Shown: positions 8,928-17,659 of the stretch, in pieces | Layout of the letters: each line of letters starts with the position of its first letter | Position numbering within the stretch: position 1 is the stretch's first letter | NCBI GenBank assembly: GCA_029862745.1 | Contig: JAOTWS010000004.1 | Span: 105,314-137,313, forward strand | Length of the DNA: 32,000 nucleotides | Origin: Nitrosopumilus sp. | GTDB taxonomy: Archaea; Thermoproteota; Nitrososphaeria; Nitrososphaerales; Nitrosopumilaceae | Reading direction: 5' to 3' | Position numbers and translations under genes: made by a program | Notes under the pieces: generated by a model | Seen by the model: only the letters and a program-made list of their open reading frames with translations | Database searches by the model: none | Told to the model about the DNA's origin: nothing

Positions 8928-9602
8928 CTAGACTTTAATTTTTAGCATTTTTAATTCATTATAGGCTTCTTTCATTTTAATGTAAAAATCTTTGACAGTT
9001 GGAGGAAAAATAGAAAATGCAATATAAAATTCCTCAGCTTCACTAATGTATCTAGAGACTTTTATCGAGTTAGGATTTTGTGAAATAAATTTCATGTTGT
9101 TTATCCTGTCACAGAGTTTTATAATCTTGACATCATAATCTGATTTTGTAAGTTCAATACAATAGTCTAAAAATCTTGCAGAATTTTTTTCAGATTCATT
9201 CTTGCCAGTATAGTTTTCCAATGGTTTAGTTTTCAAAGTATGACTTACATTGTATACATATTCCCCAAATCTGTGTCTAAAATATGCATCAAAGCCATAA
9301 GATTTTGAAGCATACACGTCTAAAATTTTCTCATCGTCTTCCATTATATCATGTAAAATAGATGAAACAATTTGAAGAGATGTAAGTAATCTATTAGTTG
9401 TATTATAATGACGGATCACATCAATTGTCACAGGCCAGATGTGAGTTTCAAGAAAAGATGATTTTTTATCCTCTCGCTTAAGATTTGAATGTACTTCCTC
9501 AGCCAAGTCTATGGCATTTTGAATAAAACTATCTACTTGCATGTGAGATTCATTTTCGATTACATTCAAAAGATCTTTTTTTGTTGCAGAATTAATTTTC
9601 AT
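8928..9602 (-). CDS. HD-domain phosphohydrolase (SpoT/RelA-hydrolase-like HD_4 type)
   Basis: H...THIWPVTIDVI followed by SSILHDIMEDD matches the H...HD...ED pattern (aaLLHDvvEDt) of (p)ppGpp-hydrolase-type HD domains. Confidence 0.65.
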   Translation of the reverse strand: MKINSATKKDLLNVIENESHMQVDSFIQNAIDLAEEVHSNLKREDKKSSFLETHIWPVTIDVIRHYNTTNRLLTSLQIVSSILHDIMEDDEKILDVYASKSYGFDAYFRHRFGEYVYNVSHTLKTKPLENYTGKNESEKNSARFLDYCIELTKSDYDVKIIKLCDRINNMKFISQNPNSIKVSRYISEAEEFYIAFSIFPPTVKDFYIKMKEAYNELKMLKIKV

Positions 9603-9895
9603 AATACCTATATTACAACATCATTGAAAAACATGATCTTGTAGACATTAACGTCTAGCCCTTAGATAGGAATCTCCAATTTTGAAAGCGGCTAGATATG
9701 TTTAGTGGGGGTTTTATATTGATAATTTAGTATTTTTCAAAAGGAAATTTTACCTAATGTTAGAAAACATTACTCTTTGGAATTTCACTTGAAGAAATTA
9801 AACGGTTTTAAACTAATTTTGCAAAATTTGTCTTCTACACCAGCCTTAAGAAATTTTTTGTCTGCTCTTTGTTGGCTTGTAGTGTGTATGATTTA

Positions 9896-10459
9896 TTATT
9901 TTCTTCTCAAAACTGCATAGATAGAGTCATCTTTTTGATTCTCAGTGTAAACTTTTAATTCTAATATTTCAAAATCAGGCTCAAAAAGTTCCCTCAAAGA
10001 ATCCAACTCATAATATACAAACAACAACCCTTCGAAATTCTCAGTTTTGTTACCTTTCCAAAAAGAATGAAATAATATTCCATTGGGATTAAGAAGGTCT
10101 TTTTGTTTTTTAAGAGATGTTTTCAAGTCATCAGTTCTCAAGTGATGTAAAACCTTGTTAGAGTATATGCAATCAAAAGTTCTCTCGGTAAGAAGAGTCA
10201 CTGCATCCAGTTTTAACAAGTCAGCATTTTGATTTTGTTTTCTGTATCTATCCAAGAAAATTTGTGAGTTATCAGAGCCTGTAGCAGCAAAAGTTTTACT
10301 CAATATATCCAAGTCTTTTCCAGGACCCATTCCAAGCTCCAACACAAAAGATTTCTCAGGTAGAAATTTGTGTAAAATTTTAATCAGTTCTGCCCCATCA
10401 AATCCTTCTACCATTTTTACATATTCGTCTACGCCTTTTTCAGTATCAAAAAATCCCAT
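9896..10459 (-). CDS. Class I SAM-dependent methyltransferase
   Basis: Motif I is VLELGMGPGKDL. An acidic post-I residue (GSDNS) and a motif II-like FDCIYSNKVLHHL follow. 187 aa. Confidence 0.8.
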   Translation of the reverse strand: MGFFDTEKGVDEYVKMVEGFDGAELIKILHKFLPEKSFVLELGMGPGKDLDILSKTFAATGSDNSQIFLDRYRKQNQNADLLKLDAVTLLTERTFDCIYSNKVLHHLRTDDLKTSLKKQKDLLNPNGILFHSFWKGNKTENFEGLLFVYYELDSLRELFEPDFEILELKVYTENQKDDSIYAVLRRK

Positions 10460-10515
10460 AGTTTTTGGTTATAATGATTAGAAGTTTATAGCTAGCTTTT
10501 GTGTCAGGATTTATT

Positions 10516-10630
10516 TGATGATGATGATTTAGATTAAGATTTAGAGTTTGAATCTATTTTAGATATTAAATAAGAATAGAAAAAACATGTAAAAACTAGG
10601 AATCTTTGAAAATAGGAATCATCATCATCA
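10516..10630. repeat. 14-bp inverted repeat made of (ATG)n/(CAT)n tracts flanking an ~87-nt spacer
   Basis: TGATGATGATGATT (10516-10529) is the reverse complement of AATCATCATCATCA (10617-10630). TAGGAATC is duplicated inside the spacer (10597-10604, 10613-10620). Confidence 0.6.
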
Positions 10631-10642
10631 TGATGGTTAAAA

Positions 10643-10756
10643 TTAGCAGTTACATTTACTAGATTTATTTAATTTAGAATTGTTGCATATTTTACAGTCT
10701 AGCAAACATTTGTCTTCAGGACAATAACCACAAAATTGCATTTTCTTCATCTTCAT
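10643..10756 (-). CDS. Unannotated 37-aa, 7-Cys mini-protein, stop/start-coupled to the HxlR regulator gene
   Basis: My translation is MKMKKMQFCGYCPEDKCLLDCKICNNSKLNKSSKCNC*. Its ATG (10756-10754) shares one nucleotide with the regulator's TGA (10758-10756), giving TGATG. It is below the 60-aa track cutoff. Confidence 0.35.
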   Translation of the reverse strand: MKMKKMQFCGYCPEDKCLLDCKICNNSKLNKSSKCNC

Positions 10757-11133
10757 CATTTCTTTGACCATTTTCTCATCCATTCAAGCAGACCAGTAAT
10801 GGATTCGATTAACTCTTGACCTTTTTTGGTTAGCTTGTATTCTACTCTTGGTGGAACCTCTGCAAATGTTTTTCTTTCCAATATTCCCTCAGATACTAGT
10901 TCAGATAACCTTGTAGATAGTGTCCTACTGCTAATTCCTTTAAGTGATTCTTTGAACTGCTTGTGTCTTACTGGTTTTGTCGTACAGCAAAGTGGAAAGA
11001 GAATCTCAAGTGTTGCCCTTTTTGTGATCAGTTCCCTGATTGTAAAAGTCTCTTTTAATAATTTTGAAGCATCATATCCTGCAAATTCACAATTGTTTTC
11101 AATTACTGCCAGCTTTTTTCCTTTAGTTTCCAT
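10756..11133 (-). CDS. HxlR-family winged-helix transcriptional regulator
   Basis: RHKQFKESLKGISSRTLSTRLSELVSEGILERKTFAEVPPRVEYKLTKKGQEL is the canonical HxlR wHTH. It is divergent from arsM. Confidence 0.85.
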   Translation of the reverse strand: METKGKKLAVIENNCEFAGYDASKLLKETFTIRELITKRATLEILFPLCCTTKPVRHKQFKESLKGISSRTLSTRLSELVSEGILERKTFAEVPPRVEYKLTKKGQELIESITGLLEWMRKWSKK

Positions 11134-11196
11134 AATTGCACTAACTGTAATGGGTTCTACTTGACAACTTTAATAGTTTACCTAGTAAACCATAAC

Positions 11197-11955
11197 ATGG
11201 AAAATTCAATTAAAGAAGACATTAAAAAAAGATATTCCAAGATAGTAGTATCTGGAAATGACAGTTGTTGCTGTATGCCAGGAGAATGCAAACCAGGAGA
11301 TTCTCCAGTTGATGCAACAAAGTTGATTGGCTATGACCAAAAGGATCTTGAATCAATACCCCAAGAAGCAATTCTAGGCGTGGGGTGTGGTGCACCAATT
11401 AATCATGCCAGTCTAAAAGAAGGAGAAATCGTAGTTGATTTGGGTTCAGGGGCTGGAATTGACATATTCCTAGCTGCAAAAAAAGTAGGAAGTTTTGGAA
11501 AGGCAATTGGAATTGACATGACAGACCAAATGCTAGATAAAGCAAGAGAGAACGCAACAAAGGGAAACTATTCCAATGTTGAATTTAAAAAAGGAGACAT
11601 TGAAAAGGCAATTCCGTTAGAACACAATTCAGTTGATGCAGTGATTAGTAATTGTGTGATCAATCTTACAACAAACAAGAAAAATGCATTCAAAGAAGTC
11701 TTTAGAATCTTAAAAAAGGATGGAAGGATGGTGATTTCAGACTTGATCACAGATGTAGAATTACCTCCAGAGAAAGTCAATTCAGATCAATGGTGTGAAT
11801 GCATTGATGGAGCACTCACAAAAGAAAACTATCTTTTTTGCATGAGACAAGCTGGATTTGAGAAGATCAAAGTTTTAGAAGAGAGAGCATACATGCAAGG
11901 AGAAAATATCAATGGCAGAAAAATTACTAGTCTTATAATTAAGGCAGTAAAATAA
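11197..11955 (+). CDS. arsM: Arsenite S-adenosylmethionine methyltransferase (ArsM-like)
   Basis: IKKRYSKIV...SCCCMPGEC is the N-terminal Cys cluster, followed by LGVGCGAPI and [13 protein letters not shown] (motif I). I prefer ATG 11197 (MENSIKED) over the track's TTG 11161, because it leaves a 63-nt divergent promoter. Confidence 0.8.
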   Translation: MENSIKEDIKKRYSKIVVSGNDSCCCMPGECKPGDSPVDATKLIGYDQKDLESIPQEAILGVGCGAPINHASLKEGEIVVDLGSGAGIDIFLAAKKVGSFGKAIGIDMTDQMLDKARENATKGNYSNVEFKKGDIEKAIPLEHNSVDAVISNCVINLTTNKKNAFKEVFRILKKDGRMVISDLITDVELPPEKVNSDQWCECIDGALTKENYLFCMRQAGFEKIKVLEERAYMQGENINGRKITSLIIKAVK

Positions 11956-11971
11956 TTTTCATGAAACAAGA

Positions 11972-12385
11972 ATGAAAAAAATTCTTTTTGTCTGTGTTGA
12001 AAATGCAGGTAGAAGTCAGATGGCTCAAGCATTTTTTAAAAAATATCTGCCATCAGAGTTTCAGCCAATCAGTGCAGGAACAAAGCCTGCAGCAAAAGTA
12101 AACTTAATTGTAGTGCAAGCAATGAAAGAAGTTGGAATTGACATTGAGGACAACTCTCCTCAAAGCATCTCACAGCAGATGATTAATGAGACAGAGATTG
12201 CAGTTAACATGGGATGCATTGACAAAGAGTCATGTCCTGCATTATTTTTAAAAAATGTGCAAGACTGGCAGATATCTGATCCGAAAGGAAGATCAATTGA
12301 GGAAGTAAGGGCAATTCGTGACCAGATAGAGCAAAAAGTAAAAGATCTCATAGTTTCTGTGACTAGAAAAAAAGAATCTATTTGA
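11972..12385 (+). CDS. arsC: Arsenate reductase, LMW-PTPase family (ArsC)
   Basis: The N-terminal ILFVCVENAGRSQMA is the C-x5-R-S P-loop. 137 aa, immediately downstream of arsM. Confidence 0.8.
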   Translation: MKKILFVCVENAGRSQMAQAFFKKYLPSEFQPISAGTKPAAKVNLIVVQAMKEVGIDIEDNSPQSISQQMINETEIAVNMGCIDKESCPALFLKNVQDWQISDPKGRSIEEVRAIRDQIEQKVKDLIVSVTRKKESI

Positions 12386-12618
12386 TTATCAGCACAGGAA
12401 CCTTTGAACTATGCACTATTGTATTTGATACGCTTCCAAGAAGCATATTTGTTTTATCGTCCATGTTGATAGCAACAGGAATAAAAAAGATGGAAAAGCA
12501 TCCTAATGGGGAAGAAAATATTCTTTTAGATTTTATGTTAATCTCTTAATTTTAAATAATAATAGCAATAGTAGTAAAATAATCTTGTATCAATTATAAA
12601 TTAATTTTATAATCTAAA

Positions 12619-13296
12619 TTAAGAAAATATTGTATTCAGAATTTCAGGCAATAACAGTAGTAAAACTATTCCAATCATCATAAACACTACAAATGGTGGT
12701 GTATTTTGCACAAATCCTCCAGCTTGAGAGATTTCTTTGTTTCTTGATAGTATCACAAATGATTTTTGGTTTGGTAAAACTGAGTAATACTTTTCAGAGG
12801 ATATAACAAATTTCTCGTAACTTCGTTTTCTATGAATGCAAAAAAATGCAAAGACCTTTCTGTATAATGGCTCTTTTACAAAATCACCAAATAGTTTTCT
12901 TTTTGATATTAAATCTGCTACATTCAGTGTCACACTGTATATTGTAACTACAGATACTGCAAGAACCAAAGCCAATAAAGTAGCAATTATTGGAACCATC
13001 ACAAACTCGTAATGAACTGGTAGTATCACACTAACAGAAATTATACCAAACAGATCTGCCATTCCTACAAACTGTAGCCTGTACAAAACAAAACCAAAAA
13101 AGCATGAGGTTACAATTGTCACTCCATGGTATGCTGAAAACTCTTGATAGTCAAAGAGATACATCACTCCACCTATACTGACACCAACAATCCAGATAAC
13201 ATCAGGAACTTTTCTTGATTTATAGTCAAAAATAGATGCTATGCCAAACATTACTAGTATCAAAACTATTCTCAGTTGGAGAAACTCCACAACCAT
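12619..13296 (-). CDS. A24-family membrane aspartyl peptidase (archaeal prepilin/preflagellin peptidase-like)
   Basis: Polytopic membrane protein. The first Asp context is IASIFDYKSRKVPD. The second is VGMADLFG, which resembles the GxGD/GGADAK motif of FlaK/PibD. Confidence 0.6.
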   Translation of the reverse strand: MVVEFLQLRIVLILVMFGIASIFDYKSRKVPDVIWIVGVSIGGVMYLFDYQEFSAYHGVTIVTSCFFGFVLYRLQFVGMADLFGIISVSVILPVHYEFVMVPIIATLLALVLAVSVVTIYSVTLNVADLISKRKLFGDFVKEPLYRKVFAFFCIHRKRSYEKFVISSEKYYSVLPNQKSFVILSRNKEISQAGGFVQNTPPFVVFMMIGIVLLLLLPEILNTIFS

Positions 13297-13355
13297 CCAT
13301 CACAAATAGAATAAAACCAAAAAAGGATCCAATCAAAGTGGCATTTTTTGACACT

Positions 13356-13988
13356 CTAATTGGGTCCTTGCAATATACCACTGACATTAAAATTATTATT
13401 TTCAATTGTATGGCAAATGCATTTTTCATAAGTATCACTGCACCACAAAAATAATGATTCAAGATCTTTGTGATACTTTTTTAGAAATGCAATCATGGGG
13501 TTTGTCATTTTGATAAAATCCCCAGACACATACACTAGGTTTCTTGACGTCAAATGTTTGAGGGATTTTGAAATGTTTTGTCTGTGATATATTGCAATAT
13601 ATGTAAAATTCTCATCATAATCTTTCTCGTAACATTGCCTAAATGATGAAAACTGGTAAAAAAATTCTGGGTTGGAGTTGACCCTGTGATAAACTTCAGC
13701 CAATAAACATAATGACAAAAAAGATAATCCATCAAGCCTCTGACAAATGACAAACCACCTACCCTTTTGAGTAATAGAGTAGATTCCTCTGCCTTCTGAC
13801 TCGAGATATCCAGAATATTTCAGTTCTAGGACTATTTTTTTGGTGTATCTATACTGCTTTTTGCTCATTTTTGAAATCTCAAGAAGAGAGAATCCTGAAA
13901 TATCATATGACGATTCAAGAATTTTTGCCCCTGTAGAGTTTCTCTTTATGTTGCATCTATACAATAATAGATCTAGATTATTTTGCAA
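13356..13988 (-). CDS. Hypothetical protein with two predicted winged-helix (MarR-like) modules
   Basis: FSLLEISKMSKKQYRYTKKIVLELKYSGYLESEGRGIYSITQKGRWFV and NISKSLKHLTSRNLVYVSGDFIKMT look like wHTH recognition helix plus wing. It starts 3 nt after the upstream gene's stop. Confidence 0.5.
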   Translation of the reverse strand: MQNNLDLLLYRCNIKRNSTGAKILESSYDISGFSLLEISKMSKKQYRYTKKIVLELKYSGYLESEGRGIYSITQKGRWFVICQRLDGLSFLSLCLLAEVYHRVNSNPEFFYQFSSFRQCYEKDYDENFTYIAIYHRQNISKSLKHLTSRNLVYVSGDFIKMTNPMIAFLKKYHKDLESLFLWCSDTYEKCICHTIENNNFNVSGILQGPN

Positions 13989-13991
13989 GTT

Positions 13992-15125
13992 TCATGAGGC
14001 ATTCCAGAATACCGTATATCTCCGTGTTGCGTCTTTCTGGGAATCTACAAATGCTTTGAGGCAGTCAACACCTGTGATGTTTTTATGTCTGATTTGATCC
14101 TCCATTTCAAGAAAATTTACTACATCTAGTGGTATGGAATAAAGTTTCTTTGATGGAATGTGGCATGTCTTTATGATTTTTTTGTTTGCTGATGTATCTA
14201 TTTTTGATACTGTGCCCGTTTTTTTATCTACTAGAATTTCTGGGTTTCCTTTCTCATCTGGGATGACTAGCATATTTGGAATGGCCTCAAGAATTTCTCT
14301 AGTCTTTTTTGATGATGATGATGTTTTTGGTTTTTTGTTTTGATGTAATGATGATTCTTTTATTTCTCCTAGCTTCTCAGATGATATAAATTGTGCAACA
14401 GTTGATTTGTCTTGCCTATATTCTGTACGAGTTGCATTTTGTCTTATCATTTGAGTTATAGAATCAATTTGTTCAGGCGTCATCCAGAAAAATCTTGAAT
14501 CACTTTTTGGTCTTAGATCAGATGCAATAAAGTGTATCAACTGAAGTTGTTGTGATTCATCAGAGATTCGAGATATCTTTTCTAGAACATAAATTGGAGT
14601 GCTTGCCTGGATTGCAGTTAGTCCTTTTCTCTTTGAGAGTTCTGTTACTAGTTCTTCTAGCTTTGAGATTGCAGCTTCTGAGATACGATTAGTTGCCATC
14701 AACAACCTGCAATACAGGAGTTTGTCTATTCCCAGAATTTTTAGAACTGTAACCTTGTCTGTTTTTAATTTCTCTTGGAGTGAATCAACTAGATTGTAAA
14801 CTAGTGGTGTGTTGAGTATATCACTAGATAGTATATCACAAAAATGCTGTACTAAAACATCTGAGAGATTTTTAAACTCTTCAATGGTACATTGTACATT
14901 ATTTTTTGATTGCTTGCATCCAAGAACTACATCATAGTGATTTATGGCATATAATTTGTCATTTACTTTTCCTAGTCTAACTATTGGAAGGTTTTTGGTT
15001 TTCATTGATGAGTATTTTAAAATATTTGTCTCCATCACAATTCCAATATTTTCTGAAAGCAACACAATTGAGTCAGGAGAAATGGTCTGAATCATATTTT
15101 GAGTTGAGATGTTTAATTCAAACAC
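13992..15125 (-). CDS. Hypothetical 377-aa protein; the N-terminal region resembles a ParB/Srx-fold domain lacking the GxxR box, followed by HTH-like helices
   Basis: LPIVRLGKVNDKLYAINHYDVVLGCKQSK fits the ParB-N pattern P-i-x-V...y-x-i-i-x-G-x-x-r-x-x-A, but without the conserved Arg. The Lys/Ser-rich linker is KKPKTSSSSKK. Family assignment is tentative. Confidence 0.45.
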   Translation of the reverse strand: MFELNISTQNMIQTISPDSIVLLSENIGIVMETNILKYSSMKTKNLPIVRLGKVNDKLYAINHYDVVLGCKQSKNNVQCTIEEFKNLSDVLVQHFCDILSSDILNTPLVYNLVDSLQEKLKTDKVTVLKILGIDKLLYCRLLMATNRISEAAISKLEELVTELSKRKGLTAIQASTPIYVLEKISRISDESQQLQLIHFIASDLRPKSDSRFFWMTPEQIDSITQMIRQNATRTEYRQDKSTVAQFISSEKLGEIKESSLHQNKKPKTSSSSKKTREILEAIPNMLVIPDEKGNPEILVDKKTGTVSKIDTSANKKIIKTCHIPSKKLYSIPLDVVNFLEMEDQIRHKNITGVDCLKAFVDSQKDATRRYTVFWNAS

Positions 15126-15841
15126 CTCAGTCTTGCCATCTCTGTTGCCTTTTTGGCCAGGGTCTTGTAATCTGAGTTTGGAAATGACTCTATTAGCATA
15201 TTCATATAATTTCTAGAATTTTTCTGTAATGTAGATACATCAGAGATATCATACTGATTTTGTGCCTGTTTGATTGATAAATTCAGGTAAAATCTCATCT
15301 TTACCTCCTTTGAGGTAAATGCTGAAGAATTAGTCTTGAATTGTATCCCTCTAGGGCCTGATGCGTTTTTTACACCAAGGCTGCAGCAGACAATATTTTG
15401 GACCATATTTTCATCATATGGAATTGCATTGTTTTGTAGAGTCTGGTATATTGCACGACATATCTTTTTTGCCTTTGTCAGATTTGTGGTATCATGGCAA
15501 AATAATTTCCAGGAATCCTCTGAGATGGTACTGGTAAGGGATAGTTTGCGGCATACATCAGAGAATGCCAAGAGGGAATCTGACTCTGTATGGAATTTTG
15601 TAGATGTTATCATCATTTGCTCATCACGTGGATCCCCACCTACTTGCTTTCTTTGATGGAGGTTAAGATTTGTCTTGCAGAGCATCTCGTGTGGTACTGT
15701 TTGCTCTATATTGTATGATGATTCATTGTTTGGTAGAACCACACCACATGTTTTACAGACAGTTTCGTTTTCAAACGGGAGAAAAATAATTTCCGGTTTT
15801 GCACAATAACAATTTTGTGCAGAAATTAAATTTTGTCTCAT
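15113..15841 (-). CDS. Truncated TFB/TFIIB-like protein (zinc ribbon plus about one cyclin-like repeat, 242 aa)
   Basis: NCYCAKPEIIFLPFENETVCKTCGVVL is a TFIIB-type Zn ribbon (C-x-C...C-x2-C-G-x-V), followed by helical cyclin-like sequence. It overlaps the next gene's start by 13 nt. Confidence 0.55.
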   Translation of the reverse strand: MRQNLISAQNCYCAKPEIIFLPFENETVCKTCGVVLPNNESSYNIEQTVPHEMLCKTNLNLHQRKQVGGDPRDEQMMITSTKFHTESDSLLAFSDVCRKLSLTSTISEDSWKLFCHDTTNLTKAKKICRAIYQTLQNNAIPYDENMVQNIVCCSLGVKNASGPRGIQFKTNSSAFTSKEVKMRFYLNLSIKQAQNQYDISDVSTLQKNSRNYMNMLIESFPNSDYKTLAKKATEMARLRCLN

Positions 15842-15955
15842 AATTTGGCCCCATGTAATTGATTAATAAGGTTATTAGAGAAAAAATATTTTTGTGATTA
15901 TTATTTCATCATCCTATGTAATATTATAAAACCTGAAATTTAATTGAAACAAATT

Positions 15956-16096
15956 CTATTTCTTTGCCAATAGTTCTTTTAGAGAATCTATTAACTCATT
16001 ACAATTTTTTAGACATTCAGTGATGTAATCAACAAATCTAAGATATTCTTTTTCAGATTCTTCTAAAGATTTACGACAGCCGTCATGTTTACACGA
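15956..16096 (-). pseudogene. Start-less 46-codon helical ORF beginning exactly at a repeat boundary (possible 5'-truncated gene remnant)
   Basis: The minus-strand frame reads SCKHDGCRKSLEESEKEYLRFVDYITECLKNCNELIDSLKELLAKK*. There is no ATG/GTG/TTG between the upstream TAG (16097-16099, inside the 30-bp repeat) and the stop. Confidence 0.25.
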
Positions 16097-16122
16097 CTAA
16101 AACGGAGGATTTCTATTTTTAT
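16093..16122. repeat. Copy 1 of an imperfect 30-bp direct repeat (ACGACTAAAACGGAGGATTTCTATTTTTAT)
   Basis: 26/30 identical to 18336-18365, with a 16-bp perfect core GGATTTCTATTTTTAT. It lies 35 nt downstream of the stop of the minus-strand symporter gene. Confidence 0.7.
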
Positions 16123-16157
16123 CGACAAAGAGTAAAAATCAACATTATTCTGTTCTT

Positions 16158-17438
16158 TTAATCCCGCGTTATTTTGTCAAATACACAACAGGCGGTAAGA
16201 TCTCCCGTAACATTTACCATAGTTCTAATCATGTCCAAAATTCTATCTACAGAAATCAACAACAAGATTCCAACAGGAGGAATGCCTACAGTAATCAGTA
16301 TGGTGGACAAGACGATTACTCCTGCGCCAGGTACAGCAGGGGTTCCAATAGAAGCCAAAAGAGAGGCTATGATTATCACCAATATAGATATCATACTTAA
16401 TTCGATTGCAAAAAGCTGTGCCAAAAAGAAGACAGCTATAACCTGGTATAGCGCAGTTCCATCCATATTCACAGTAGCTCCTAAAGGAATAACAAATTTT
16501 GAAACTCTAGTATCTATTCTCAGATCATCTTCTGCAGTCTTTAATGTTATTGGCATTGTAGCCATGGAACTGGCTGTTGAAAAAGCCAACGTTTGCGGAT
16601 TACGGAATTTCGAAAAGGTAGAAGATATTGATCTTTTTGCTACGAATTTTAAGAACAATGTGTATACCAGTAACATAATTCCAAGACCTAGAACAACGGT
16701 TCCCATGTATGCCCCCAATCCAACCATTGTTCCCACACCAACTGTTGCAACCATTCCAACAATCAATCCAAAAACTGCAAACGGTACAATCTTCATAGAA
16801 ATCAAAAGAATGTGCAGTGTAATTTTTTGGATTGATTCTAGTACACCTAGCAATGGCTTGATTGATTCTTTTGGAAGAACTGCCATGGATAGACCTACAA
16901 TGAGTGCCATCACCAAGATGCTAAACATTTGCCCTTCAAGATACGAAGAAATAGGATTTTTTGGAATTATATTGGATACGGCATTTGGAATATCATCTAA
17001 TGAAAAGCCATCTTTGATTTGTAGATCATCATCTGAAAGATCATGAGATTCCTGAAGAGAAGTAAGATCAAGAATACTACCTGGAGAAATAATTGATGCA
17101 AGAAACACAGCTACAAGTATTGCGATTGTAGTAGTGATCACAAAGTAAGTGCCGACACCCAATCCTAGAGTTTTTAGTTTATCTTTTGCTCCCAGATTAG
17201 TAATAGCCACAACAATAGAGGCAAAAATTAGCGGGACAATAATCATTTGAATTATACTCAAAAATATGTTGGCAGGAATTTTCAGATAGGATGATAAAGA
17301 ATCTAAAGCGTTATCATCTATCCCAACACCTACATCATCACCTAAAACTAATCCCACACAAAGTCCTATGAGTAAAGACAATACAACCTGAAGCCACAAA
17401 TTCTTGAAAATATAATTTTTAAACATCATTTTATTCAC
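16158..17438 (-). CDS. Dicarboxylate/amino acid:cation symporter (DAACS / GltP-GltT family)
   Basis: Family signatures are PLGATVNMDGTALYQ and VDRILDMIRTMVNVTGDL. 426 aa, polytopic. Confidence 0.9.
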   Translation of the reverse strand: MNKMMFKNYIFKNLWLQVVLSLLIGLCVGLVLGDDVGVGIDDNALDSLSSYLKIPANIFLSIIQMIIVPLIFASIVVAITNLGAKDKLKTLGLGVGTYFVITTTIAILVAVFLASIISPGSILDLTSLQESHDLSDDDLQIKDGFSLDDIPNAVSNIIPKNPISSYLEGQMFSILVMALIVGLSMAVLPKESIKPLLGVLESIQKITLHILLISMKIVPFAVFGLIVGMVATVGVGTMVGLGAYMGTVVLGLGIMLLVYTLFLKFVAKRSISSTFSKFRNPQTLAFSTASSMATMPITLKTAEDDLRIDTRVSKFVIPLGATVNMDGTALYQVIAVFFLAQLFAIELSMISILVIIIASLLASIGTPAVPGAGVIVLSTILITVGIPPVGILLLISVDRILDMIRTMVNVTGDLTACCVFDKITRD

Positions 17439-17659
17439 TTTAAAACTAATTTTATGTTAAAATTTCTCTGAAAAATTCTAGACATGTAGAAATAAAACAC
17501 GCCTTCCATAAAAGGGATTAAATCCAAAGTAGGCACACGAACAAAGGATTTTTCAAGAGAATCATTTGTTATATTTTTTTGATTTACGTTCTTTCTCAAT
17601 TAGATCCCATGCTTTTTTTAGTTTCAGTAGATTGTAATGATTTTTTCTACCTTTTAGAG

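Noticed and set aside
9654-9696. Hairpin TCTAGCC-29 nt-GGCTAGA in the relatively GC-rich part of the 293-nt gap; considered as a tRNA or sRNA
   Set aside because: It has no T-loop (TTCRANNC), no D-arm and no acceptor-stem geometry on either strand. A 7-bp stem alone is too weak to call an RNA gene. I also found no tRNA-like sequence by eye in the other intergenic gaps.
12386-12618. Short ORFs after arsC (e.g. MLIATGIKKMEKHPNGEENILLDFMLIS), considered as remnants of an arsenite pump
   Set aside because: They are too short, and I could find no ArsB/ACR3-like motif. They are left unannotated.
16174-17046. 290-aa plus-strand ORF
   Set aside because: It is antisense to the DAACS symporter, which carries strong family motifs (NMDGTALYQ, VNVTGD). 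The plus-strand product is low-complexity (T/P/I-rich) shadow sequence.
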